64,000 bases of DNA from Ptychomitrium polyphyllum (lineage: Eukaryota). Made by a program: the position numbers and the translations under genes. The notes beneath the pieces were generated by a model. It saw only the letters and a list, made by a program, of their open reading frames with translations, did no database searches and was not told the origin of the DNA. The stretch is taken from assembly GCA_973851085.1 (NCBI GenBank), contig OZ316775.1:9424001-9488000 (forward strand), written 5' to 3'. Below are positions 13,489 through 25,191 of the stretch, piece after piece. The number at the start of each line of letters is the position of its first letter. Positions within the stretch are counted from its first letter, which is position 1.

Positions 13489-14699
13489 CTGCTCCAACAA
13501 GAAAAAGACATTTCAACAACCTAGCTAGTAACACTTCGCCAGGACCTTAGTACTCAATCCTGTACAATCTCTTACACCTTAGATTTCTGTTGAACACAAC
13601 AATATCCACTCAGGCAATCATACAGTGTTCATATTAATCAGATAATGAAAATAGCAACCTCCTTAAACACTCGTCGTCCTCTATACGTACATGCAGTAAA
13701 TATGTAAACAACTGTTCTTTAACAAATCGAGCATGCTCAACTTAACGCAACAAGGGATCGAAAGACATCATCACGTACGTGTCTCAGACGAAGTCGAATA
13801 CTGCTGAACCAGAATCTTCCTAGAACTCCTTGTGCACCATAGATATTCTGCGCATCATAGTGCATCTAAGTTTGACATGATCCATTTTATTGCGCTTCCA
13901 CACAGTTGGTGAGAATCCACGAGATTGGACTACCAGTACCTAATTGCCTAATGAAGGCCTCCCAATTGAAAGATATTCCACCTCTACGACGAAACAGAAT
14001 CTGGAAACATAAAGAACTACGCGTGATTCTTAGAACTAAGGCCGTCGTCTCCAAACAGCTGCTGAGCTCATGCATATGTATCTTTGTTTCACCACATTCC
14101 TCATCCATTTGTAGAAAACGTCACAACTAAGTATCTCCCAGTCAAAGTGGTTGATCAGTTAAAAGAACAACTGAGCAATAATGCTGCAAACCTAAGTCAA
14201 TCCGTTCACCTAAATGAACAAGTGAAACAATGCTGGCAAAGAGACAATCCTCTCCCAGAAATTCTGACTCTCCTGTTCTAGAGAAAATTAGCATTAAATT
14301 ATGCGCATTAGAACCGAGAAGGAGGCAGTGGATGCCATTTAACCTAAAACTTCAAACTACGCAAACATGTCGCAAGTCACTGATCCTCCACAGCAATCTT
14401 CATATCATCCACGATGTCCTAAACTCAACGCTATTGAAATCACCAAACCAAACAGATCACATGGCAGACACACACTTACGTGGCCAACTTCAGCCTTTAA
14501 CAGAGCAACAGGATCGCCAAAAATTTCACGAGATAGAGAAACGCCTCAAATGATTCCGCTCGCGACGAAATAAAGGAAAGGAAGCAGGCACAGCATGGCG
14601 CTGAAGCCTTAAAACATCAAGGAAGCACGCAACCATGGCGATTTCCAGACTCGCTCCAAACTACACCAATTGAATCAGAAAGAAATCCCCTAATTCAAG

Positions 14700-16375
14700 A
14701 AGCATAAAAGCTCTCACTCACGCTGAGGAATGATGCCGAAACATCACAGCACCGGCTCACCTAACCGTCAAGCGCTTTCCATTCCACCACGCCACCAAAT
14801 TGTGCGCAATCCCTGCACTGTTCTCGCCAGAAACCGGCAGAAAATGAAAGAAACAAACCGCAGACGACGCATCTGCCGTTACGCGCATCCCGAGAGAATC
14901 ATGCGCGCTCTGAAAGAATCGCCATCGCCAGTTCTCTTCCTCTTCCTCCTCTCCCTCTGCCAGAAAACTCGCCTTCCTGTGAAGACGAAGCCTGCGTTAG
15001 TCGCCCAAGTGATCGCTCCCAACTGGTGGTCGGACCCATCTTTCCCTTTGCGACGACGCCTGCATCTTCCAGTCGCTCGGATATATTCAACCGACTGCTG
15101 TTCGGGTCTTTGCCAAAGAGCCATTTCGTGAAGAACAAACTTGCGTCTGTTAGTCGCCCCATTTAGCACTACCGCCGATTCGTTTTCTTCACTCCTGTTG
15201 CTCAAGAGGTCGCTACCAACTGATGGTCGGATCTCTTCTACAGTCCCTTCCCGACAGAAGGCTTTGTGTTTGAGTAGCTCGAGCGGACGCTACCGATCGA
15301 TGGTCGAATCCCACGACCGGTGGACGTTCCAATTTGATCAGCTGCCCATCAACAACGTGCAGCTTGACAGGCATTCGACCGCTGGTCGATCGGAATCCTG
15401 TAGGAAAGACCGTACGTCTGCATGATTGCGTTGCCGTCCTTCAGTTCAGAAGTGGCCGGCCGCTACAGTAGACTCCTTTAAACAGTACGGTACTACTGTA
15501 TAGTCATGTTAGTTGATTACTGCTATTGACTATACTTACGAGAAAGTTAATGAGAGAAATAACTGTAACGAATGCGAAACAGATATGTGATGTAAGACTG
15601 TTGATTGATTTGCCATTACGTGACCAGCCTAAAATATAGTGCAGTTTGGGATACCGTTATTGTTCCGCAGCCGCCTAGCCGCCAGCCAGCATTCTCAGTG
15701 TCCACTGGAACCTCCAGTGGCATTAGTTACTAAAGAAGTCCACGACAGAACTTTCAACGCCGTCAACGACCGCGTTCGGAGTGGGATGATGTGTGATTTC
15801 ACTCTTAGGTGCTGGTTGAGCTTATGTTGTGCTTTGCTTGTCCACTGCGATCAAACAGTCAACAAAGTCTACAGATGATCATATTGTTGTTACGTTATTT
15901 GCTGACAAGACATTAGCGGGTAGCATTGAATCAAACGAACTGCAGGGATCCAGCAGATGATCTCAATCTTTGGAGTGGTTGCTTTTTAGACCTGGTTAGT
16001 TGATGAGGGAAATCATTACGCATAGTTTGAGAAGGTCATTCATGCTGAAAGGGAGAACATTCCATCCGCAGCAAGAGCTCATTGTGATATTTGCTAGTGC
16101 GGTTTCAGTTTCTCTGGTAAAACTGCATTGAAAGGGCTGAAGGTCATTGCAGACTTTGAGGATTAGAAATAATTATGAGTCTATGGTGAAGTGGGTACAT
16201 TCTATGTGGATCATAATATCTCGTGAGGAATTTGGAGATATCGTTCTTAGTTCTTGAGGCCAAATATATGACATTTGGAACCAAGATGCTGTAACTGAGC
16301 CCTAATTCTTGGACAGAGTGTTGCAAGAGCTAGAAATAGTTAGACACGAAGACTTAGTGTTGTGAAGGTGGAAAC
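14700..16375. promoter_or_regulatory. Divergent (head-to-head) intergenic and 5'UTR region of GCP2 and the RSPH14-like gene
   Basis: Genes diverge from this interval. A GA-rich leader near 14930-14960 and a gtgagt donor near 14721 on the - strand suggest a GCP2 5'UTR exon. TSSs are not determinable. Confidence 0.4.
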
Positions 16376-19300
16376 ATGCCGAGGCAACCTGATAAATTTG
16401 ACGAAAGAGACCGGCGCGTCGAAGATGCCCTCATTGCTGACGACAAGCGGATCAAGGAAGAACTGGCGGCCGCGTTGGCGGCCGCGAATAAGAAGAAGAA
16501 ACTGAAACCACCGGTTGACAGAAACATTGTGCGGTCGGAGCAACTAGTTTGGTGTGAGGATGAGAAACAGGCCAATTACATGCAAGACAACCCCAACGAA
16601 GATGGGTACCTACGTCCCTACCTTGCATGGAGGTATTGTTTGAGGCAGCTCGGAGTGAGTGGAACTGATATCATCGCAGTGCCATGGCCGAACGATGTTG
16701 ACAACGAACGAGCTTATCCTCTGCTGAATTGTGAGCGCCATGGCCACGACATCTGGATGCATCAAGCTCAACCGACTGTCACTCCGCAATTATCAAGCAC
16801 CGTTACTCTCGGCCACCTCAATTTCATGTTCTCCAAGATGGTGAGTCTCAGCCTTTCCGACTCTCGTCTCAACTGGAAGCTTATGGTCGAGTTTGTGATT
16901 ACTGTGTTGAAGTTTCTGACAATCAATAAGGCCGACCAATTCGAGCTCTGCAGGCGCGCACGCTGAAAAGTGACCTCCTTATTGTGAGACAAAAATCGGT
17001 CAGATGGTGTGTGGAGCTGTTGCGTGCTCCTGATAACCGCGCCCGCTGCATAGCAGCTGGTATGAACCTCACAATCTTATCAAGGTTAAGCAGGGAGAAA
17101 CAGCAAAAATATTGAGTAGAAGACTGCTTAAAGACTCTGCTCAAGGGTAGAAAAGTGCATTGTAGTGTGTTTTTCATTTCGCTGAATTTTTTCTCTGGTT
17201 CTACATTGTAACTTGTGAATGAGCTTACCCACTCGATCTGCATACGTTGACTAGATATGTCAGCATATGACACCCTTGGCCTTGGGAAGAGATATTGTGC
17301 TCATCTAACTCTTCTTTGAGACTTGCTTAGGCCTATATTCTGTTTTTTGCATTAAAATCTAATCCAACTGTCCAACTGTCTCTGCCCGCATATAATGAGC
17401 TTACGTCTCGTATCCAACAGCCTGGTAAACCCAGCTGTTATTGGTTCAATATATGGAAACCCGTCTGCCCAGCTTTACTAGGCACCGTCAAGCTTGGCTG
17501 CACGTTTTCTGAAAGAACGCCTTTGAAGCAATCCCTAACTTTGCATATTCCCTTTCAGCCTGAACCTTAGCACTAGCCATCAAGACATCCTCCAGTTACC
17601 GATCGTGCAGTCATCGAACATTTTGCATTTTCACATTTACCTTTTATGACTCATGTATCTGTAAATATTTTTCTGTCTCTTAAGAGCTTACGGTAGCAGA
17701 TTGGGTATACAGGCCTACTTCCTATTCATGCCGACATGCTCAAAGAGACAGACCTGTACATACGCCAGCAACTTGCTCTCTGCCTCAAGTATTATTCAGG
17801 TTCACTTGTACCGTACCACGATAGTTTTTTAGGATGGTGTCTATCCCCTCCTCATCATAAGCAGCAAACTCTGTCTTCATTTCTTGTACCAGCTTACATT
17901 CTATCATTTTATTAGTTGCAGTGATCTAATTTCCAGTGCTCGAGCACAGAATATATTTAATTATTCTCTGGTGGGACGAATAAAACGTCTTGGCCTTACT
18001 TGTTTAATGTACTAAATCTTTGAACACCATCCTCTCAATAAGCCCTGAGCAATGAAAGAATTTTGTGGTTCTTTTTCTGTCAACAGCTGCAATTACTACA
18101 TGGAACGATCTGGTTAAATTGGGTTGCATTAGGGGCCTCATTGAGATGGTAAGTATTACTCCTGCATATCCTGTAGTATTTGTCTCCACTTACGCAGTCA
18201 AAGATGAGATAATAAATGCTATTTTGTCAGTTTGTCTTGGAATTTTAACCAGTTATGATGTTCTGTATTTCTGATTGTGTGCTCAGCTTAAAACAGATGA
18301 TGTGGTATTGAGATGCAATGCTCTAAATGCCCTGAGTGACTGCGCTGTCTCGTGTGAAGGTGGTCTTCTACTCTTCGCGGGCTTTACTGAACACGATGGC
18401 TTGAAAATCGTAGATCTGCATCTATAGAATTTCGGATCGCACTGGGTTCAATTGACTATCGAGGTCACTGCCATAGTGCTGTACAATGAAAACTTGTACT
18501 CCAAAGTTTCTGATGAAATTGCTCTTTTCAGGAGTCCCGCTGAGTGCAGAAGTACATCGTTACTCTCTACTTCTTGAATATTGATGATTAGACGTTGTCT
18601 CTCAGGAATCATCAAAGTCACGTGGCCACAAAATATTGAACTTGGTCGTGCTATGGTGGTGTCGTAGTGAGGGATTCGATTGTCGAAGATGGTGCTACAC
18701 TGGCATTTATTGTGCACTTCCTTGGAAAGGGCACGGAATCAGGCAACGTATGCTATGCCATGGACCTTTGCTCCAAATGCATGGGGAGCTTGAACTATTG
18801 TCAGAAGGCCATTGATCAGGTTCTGGCGGTATGTGAGCACGATCCTCCTTCGATAACCTTTGATTCATTTAATATTCCTGGTGTAGATCATACGAAGTTT
18901 TGTAACCACTAGGTTTTTGAAAATGATGGAACATTACGAAAAGATCATGGAAAATGTTAACATGTATATTGTGGTGCACTCTATTCAGGCAGGTGGTGTG
19001 CCAATTGTAGTAAAACTCGCCAAAACCATCGACCAAGCCATGATGGTTTCATGTGGCCGCTTCATCTGCCTTATTGGGTATAGATGATGCTATCCATTAC
19101 TCTGCTCCATTTTCAGCATCCAGTTTTCTACTATGAACTTGGTACTCTTAACTTTCAATACTCACGCAAATGAGATGTGGGGGGTAGGTTTGACGAGACA
19201 GGGAGAAAACAAGCTGTGTCGCTTGGAGCCGTGGCAGTTTTCGTCCCCTACATAGACCATGTTGAAGCCAGAATCATGGCGTACGGCACAGCAGCACTAT

Positions 19301-19898
19301 TAAGGTAAATAAGGTGCTCATTGCCATAAATAGAACCCGTCCGACAGCAATCTGGTCAATGAGTGAACCATAACCTAGCTAATTCTTGGCAATTTAGTTG
19401 TTGCACAGCTTGACGCTGGAGATAAAAGGCAAAAAAGACTTCATCACAGCCAACGGTGTTCCCTTGATGACTGCCATGATTCAACTCACTGACAAGGAGC
19501 TCAGTTTTCTTGCTATGAATGTAAGATGCTCCTTCTCCCACCCCTCCTTTGATATGTATACCTCCTCTCTGCCTAATCAAATACAGCCCACTTTGCTTAA
19601 TTGGTAAAACAGCTCCCCTTGATACTGGCTTCAATATACTGGAGACCAAGCTATATACAAGTTGCACCAATGAATTATGCACTCTTCCCATTTCTAGTCT
19701 CGGTTTGTTATGTTACAGTTGATCATAAACGTGACGGAGGATCCAGCTGCAACGAGGAAGCTACAACACGGTATAGGGATATGTCGCAAACTAATCCTGG
19801 AGACTTTTAACGCCACGCTCAAGAAATGCGCTCGACAAACCATTCAGGAACTCCAGTTCACGTCTCGTCCATATCAAAATCTCAGGGATGTAAGATGA
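16376..19898 (+). CDS. RSPH14: Armadillo-repeat radial spoke protein, RSPH14 (RTDR1)/RSP8-RSP14-like, about 10 exons
   Basis: Spliced translation: ...GHLNFMFSKM|ARTLKSDLLIVRQKSVRWCVELLRAPDNRARCIAAG|LLPIHADMLKETDLYIRQQLALCL...|LKTDDVVLRCNALNALSDCA...|AGGVPIVVKL...|GRKQAVSLGAV...|LTLEIKGKKDFITANGVPLM...|LIINVTEDPAATRKLQ...ARQTIQELQFTSRP...TGA. This resembles RSPH14 (LQSEDLLTRQKAL...; C-terminal LAEAPEGRKALQ...IEFKP) as recalled from memory. Confidence 0.72.
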
Positions 19899-19996
19899 TT
19901 ACCTTCATCAACAAGATAGCATCAATTCCCTGCACTTAAGTACTGTACGGCCTATAGAACTAGAAGTTTCGTAGATCTAGTCCAAGTCCTGGCTTC

Positions 19997-21453
19997 AGTG
20001 ATTTGGTAGATAGGAGGCGCTTTCCGGCTGATCCACGTGTTCCCAATTTTCATTGACGTGAATGGAACAGAAATTGATGACCCTTCAGTGACAGACGGTA
20101 AATCAAGGAGCACCAATGAAACGAGAATCTAAACCTTCTCACACGCATCTCCAAGTTCCACCTCCATGTGCTTGGCGTGTGAAGTAAAACCCAACACTCT
20201 CAAGAGATGCTCATCGATCTGCACTGTTGCAACTACTGATTCGATGCAGTCACCAGAGGGTCACAACATGAACCACCACAAGATTCTACGTCTGTCGTTA
20301 ATAGCAGTGTACACTGCAGTATCAACACACATTCTCCACGTACGGTGAGATCGACCCTTCGAGGGCCCTCGTCGCACAACATCTGAACTCAGGTGACCGG
20401 GCAGTAACTTCCAGGACTTGCAGAAACTGCGAATGTGCGCACTGCTCCGAGGGCTCGGAGTTCGGTCGCCTTCGCGAAAGAAGAGGCACGTTCTATCGAG
20501 GCAAGTCCGGACCTTCTATACTCCACCGGACCCCACTACTTCCATGCAACACTACAGAACTGAAGAGGGCGCACTCCTTCGTCTGCACCGTGCAGTGTGT
20601 CGATACAAGGGGGGTAGGCAAAAGCGAAGACCCTCTTCCTCCTCAGCTGACACCACGGCATCTTGCTCTTCGGATGAGATGGGGGGTATCTTGCTCCGCA
20701 TCTGCAAGCAGCCATGCCGAGGAGGATTTGTCCATCCGGCGGGCTTCAACGCTGATTCTTCAGTGCGCTCAACGGTTCTGGTGTTGGAATCACTCGACTC
20801 CATAATCCTCTCATGACCACGTGAGTACGCGTGCTGATCCCGCATCATGCTGGTGTCGGGATCACCGGGCTCCGAGTTCGCATATTCCTGTCAGTACTGC
20901 TGCTGAACTTGCACCATGGGGGCACTTTGGATGCAGGTGTTGTGGTACTGCTCTGGTACTCCGGCCCTTCGCCGCTCCCTCGACTTCCATGGTACTGGGC
21001 CACTGGCTGCCACCGGCCACCACACACTCCGCACTCGAGCCTTGATTGCTCGGTGTGTTGGTCGCATACTGAAAGAAACGAGCTCCATCGACCGCACGGC
21101 AGCCCTCGTTTGGGCGTTTGAGCTCCAAAACGTGCAACTCCGGAGGATCGCCTAGTCGTGGCTCGGTGTGCTTCATGCCGTGAGGCCGTTTTGCGATCCT
21201 CCTCCTTCTCCTTGGCGGAATGCGTGCGCCATGCTTTGCGCTTCAAGCACTGGCAGCGTGGCAGATCTGGGTTCTAGTCGTTGAGAGAATCGAACCCGCA
21301 GTGCTCGGTGGAGAGACTGGACGAACACGCTGTGGTCTTGTCCACATGCTCCGGGGGCTCTCTGGCCGACCCACGCTCCGTCCCGGGGTTGCGGGCCTCC
21401 TCCATCTGGGTTGTGCAGGTTCAGGTTCAAGTCTGCGGCTGGAAGAGTCAGCT
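19997..21453 (-). repeat. Right arm of the 1,457-bp inverted repeat
   Basis: Reverse complement of 2306-3762. Begins about 100 bp after the RSPH14-like stop codon. Confidence 0.97.
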
Positions 21454-23269
21454 TTGCTGTGATAGCAGTCGATCGGAAGACCGTGATATGAGGGAGAGTG
21501 ACATTGGGTTGAGGATCAGAAAATGGGACGACAAGGAGAGATGACGGCACACTGACGAGGGAATACGTGGTATCTTATATTTTCAGTCTGTAAAATTCCC
21601 TGCTAATTTAGGAATGCATGTGAAGGTGGATTAGATGGTGTGCATTGTTGCCGCGTCGCTCGGGTATCTAGGAGCCCAGGTTTCGAGTGGATTGGTGTTT
21701 CGCTGGACAGAAGTTGGTCTGTGCAGCTGGGGCAGCGGATACGTGTGAAACTTGTGGCGAGGGAACGGTGATCATGGGTTTTGACGAGCGAGGTTTGCAA
21801 GCTCTTCCCGGTTTGGTTTTATGCGCAACAGTCTCTGCGGTTTAGTCATGATGGTGTTGCATGGGCTTGAGTGGTTAATATTGCGTTTTGGCTGGTTGGT
21901 CTTTGGGCTGCACTCATGAGTATCGGACACGAACAAAGTCACCATTTGAATCTTCGGTGCGGGAAAACGCGGGTATCTTTTACGTGGCGATGCGGAACTA
22001 CGGTGGCTGTTTTCATTTTTCAGGATGCAGGTGATGCTTAGAACTCTTTCGTGTCGTCGTTTCGACTATTGAGTTGATTACACTGATTTATTGTGTGATG
22101 ATGGGAATCTTTCAATTGGGCTTGCCTTGTAGAGTGTGAGTGTCGCTTTCTGTATCGTCAGTGAGCTGCGAACACGATGGAAGTCGGGGTTATCTGCTGA
22201 ATACTCGAATGGGAGGTCAGTTCGTCGAGTGAAATTGAATGCTGTGCATCAAATGAAATAAAGTCCGTATAACCGTCAAAGTTTGTGGATGGACCTATGT
22301 AATGAATCTGATTGAACATTAACGTTACCAGATATGAGATATAGGAGTCTGAGCACCTTGTAAGAACTTCCTTTGGTCACTGCGTATTTTAAGCTCGAAA
22401 TGTTTATGGTAAGTGTTCAGTGCACATTGTTTATAGTTGTGTGATTGTGCATGTGGTGCAATTCACAGATTCGCCATTGATAATACATGAAAGGAGATGG
22501 TGATGCACTAAATGCTTTGAAGCAAGAGACATCCGCAATTTGGTTTGGATTTCAACCAAACAATTTTATACTAGCTAACTGACAATATGTTCAACACTCA
22601 TGTGCAGGCAATTGATAGAAAATCTGAGGCTCACAAAGCCCTCCTTTCCACCTCGCTCATTTCCTCATCGCTATGTGTTCTGTAAGTTTCACAGATTACC
22701 TATTAGTATTCTCTGTGTCTGTAAGTTTAATCAAGAGAAACGAATTGTTTTTAGTGGTTGTATGATTGATGTGGTTTAGTTTGCAAGATTCGCAATTCGT
22801 GTTCACTTCTCTGCTTTTTAACTTCTGAAACTGGCTTCTGCGTGCTCTGTCGCAGGGATTCACATGACAACACTTTCACTGGGTCCATTTTAAAATGAGC
22901 TTCTATTTCCTAGGACTCTCCCTTACCTGAGGAAACATTCAAGTAGCGATCCAAATTTTAGTACTATGACGAGAAACATTTTACTGGATACTTTCAGCTT
23001 CTGTTGTAATGACTGCATGTATCGCTATTACAGAACTCTTTGAATTTTGCTGTGATGTGGTACTACCGTTGGGATTTGAGATTTGGAGCTGGTATTAAGA
23101 GATGATTGTGTGGGTCAGGTGAACGTATTTGAATGTGGATGAAAGGGAAGTGGCCATGTTGGTGTGGGTTGAGGTGTTCAGACAGTTCTGTAGAATGGGC
23201 CCATAGGCATATTCGAGTTTCAAACATTGCAAGGTGAGGAAAAACGGATTCTATTGGACTGCATATGTC

Positions 23270-23814
23270 AAGTGCACATCAAATTTAGAGCTCAACAAAA
23301 TAGCCACCACCCGTGCACGGTGACGAAATGTCCAGGTCTTTTAGTGAAACAAACAAACTACTATAAAGGACATCTTGATCCAAATTCAGAAAGAACATCG
23401 TATCTTCCATTAAAATATCCGGTACTAATTTTACTCCACCTAAGTAATCATCAAGGTTTCATTTTATAACATGACGAGCTAAACTATGACGAGCTAAACT
23501 ATGACGGAACTCCTGAACAAAATCCTACATCGCTCAACGAACTCTAAACATGTCATGATTTGAGAACGTGACATCACCTCCAACAGCAAAATATCCCACC
23601 TAACATACAATCCCGATAGATGGCTCAGATGCAAGTGTATACACAGAGTATTCTGATTTGCGTTAAATATTGAAGAGAAACGCTACACACAGTCGCAGAA
23701 TCAAATTATTTACAAGGTTCACCGTCAAAACTGTGCTCCTCCCTATTCCAACATCTATTCATGGATGCGGACGTTGTGCGACGCCGCCACTCCAAGGAGC
23801 TCCTTGCTCTCCAA
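23270..23814 (-). pseudogene. Degenerate duplicate of the PGK C-terminus and 3'UTR
   Basis: 23814-23755 reads LESKELLGVAASHNVRIHE* versus [22 protein letters not shown]. 23700-23750 matches 25142-25190 (tttacaaggttc.cc.tcaaaact) and 23275-23338 matches 24757-24821. Confidence 0.85.
23471..23506. repeat. 15-bp tandem repeat (atgacgagctaaact) x2.4
   Basis: Read directly from the sequence. Confidence 0.85.
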
Positions 23815-23899
23815 ATCATATGTGAACAAACTTTTCAAAATCAGATGTCTCGTTCTCTTTACGCCCAGTAGCCCAAGTGGTAAAAAAATCTAGGTCTCC

Positions 23900-24430
23900 A
23901 GGATTTCCAGTCAAGCCCAAGTCTCACGGCTCTTAGTTTGACGGAGCTGACATGCAAAAGGAACCATTCCTGTCAAGTCCTCCAAACATATTAAGCCAAA
24001 ACTGTAAAATCTGCTTTCTCGGGGTCGCACTTCCAAGACCTGTTGACTTCTAACAAAAAAATTCCGGTGCACGTCAGAAGTGACTGCCGACACCGACAGC
24101 ATGCACCCCACTTAAGTCATTGTGTTGCGACATATCAAAGTCCATGATCGTCACAGGAATGGATTCAACGTGCTCAACACATTGCCTCCCTTCAAGTCTT
24201 GGCTCAGAACACCCCTGCAGTGCAGAAACGCCATACAATGATTGAAATGTGGTGCCTCATCTGATGCAAAGGTCATCAAATTCTTCTTTTCGAAGATGGT
24301 TTTGTCCGGCATGCCACTGAGCTAGTGTAAGCCTTCAGCTGGAATAACATTCAGCTGGCACTCTTGATCAAATGTGTCCACCAAAAACTCAGCAAATTCC
24401 GACATTTGCTTCACAATGAACCCCAGAACG
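23900..24430 (-). pseudogene. Protein kinase pseudogene fragment (TKL/Raf-like, subdomains VIa-IX)
   Basis: Across frameshifts and stops: MAFLHCRGVLSQDLKGGNVL (VIb), VTIMDFDMS (VII), VGVGSHF*RAPEF (VIII), FYSFGLICLEDLTGMVPF (IX). Confidence 0.78.
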
Positions 24431-25191
24431 TAATTTTACGGAGGGATGAAGGTAGGGAAAAACGGGTCTGTGCTTTTTACGACGAGCCACACTGAAATTT
24501 TCCTTCCCGCTCGTGTGACAAAAGACGTCGACTAGGTTATTTTGCCGATGCGTTTCTGAGTCATGTTCAAGGCAGGGAATCGCGTAAAGAAATCGCTTTC
24601 AGACAGTTGCTTTACAAAATGTGTTTCTTATCCAACACTGGCTCGGACTATGGAAAGGTAGGAAACAGGTAGATACTTAAATTGGCAAAACAATTCTAAT
24701 ACGTAAATCAACAACCTACACAACTTTAGCAGAATGAAACTATCACAAACAACATCTGCATATCAAATCAGAAGCCCAATATAACAGCCACTGCCGGTGT
24801 ACGGGGCCGAAATGTCCAAGTCACAGTCAAACCCACCCGGACACAATATGACAATATCATCAAAACACAGTTATCAACAACAAACTACGAAAATGACGCC
24901 ACCACAGTAATCACGAAGCCATGAAGTACGTACGCTGACCCTCTACATATTCGACGAATCCTAAGAAAATATATGTATTGAGCTAAGCGAACACACTGCC
25001 ATACCCGATCCAAAAAACTTCGAGTTTTCTCCCACTAAAACCAAACCTCTATAAACACTCAAATGCAAAACGTCAAAACACTACCGTAGGCCCGATCTTT
25101 CAAGTACGACCACAATAAACAACACTATACACTGCTCCCACATCAAAATGTTTACAAGGTTCGCCATCAAAACTCTACTCCTTCCTACCAC

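Noticed and set aside
2306..21453. Giant TIR transposon or Pack-MULE interpretation
   Set aside because: No target-site duplication, no transposase and no typical terminal motif; the interior holds full intron-containing host genes.
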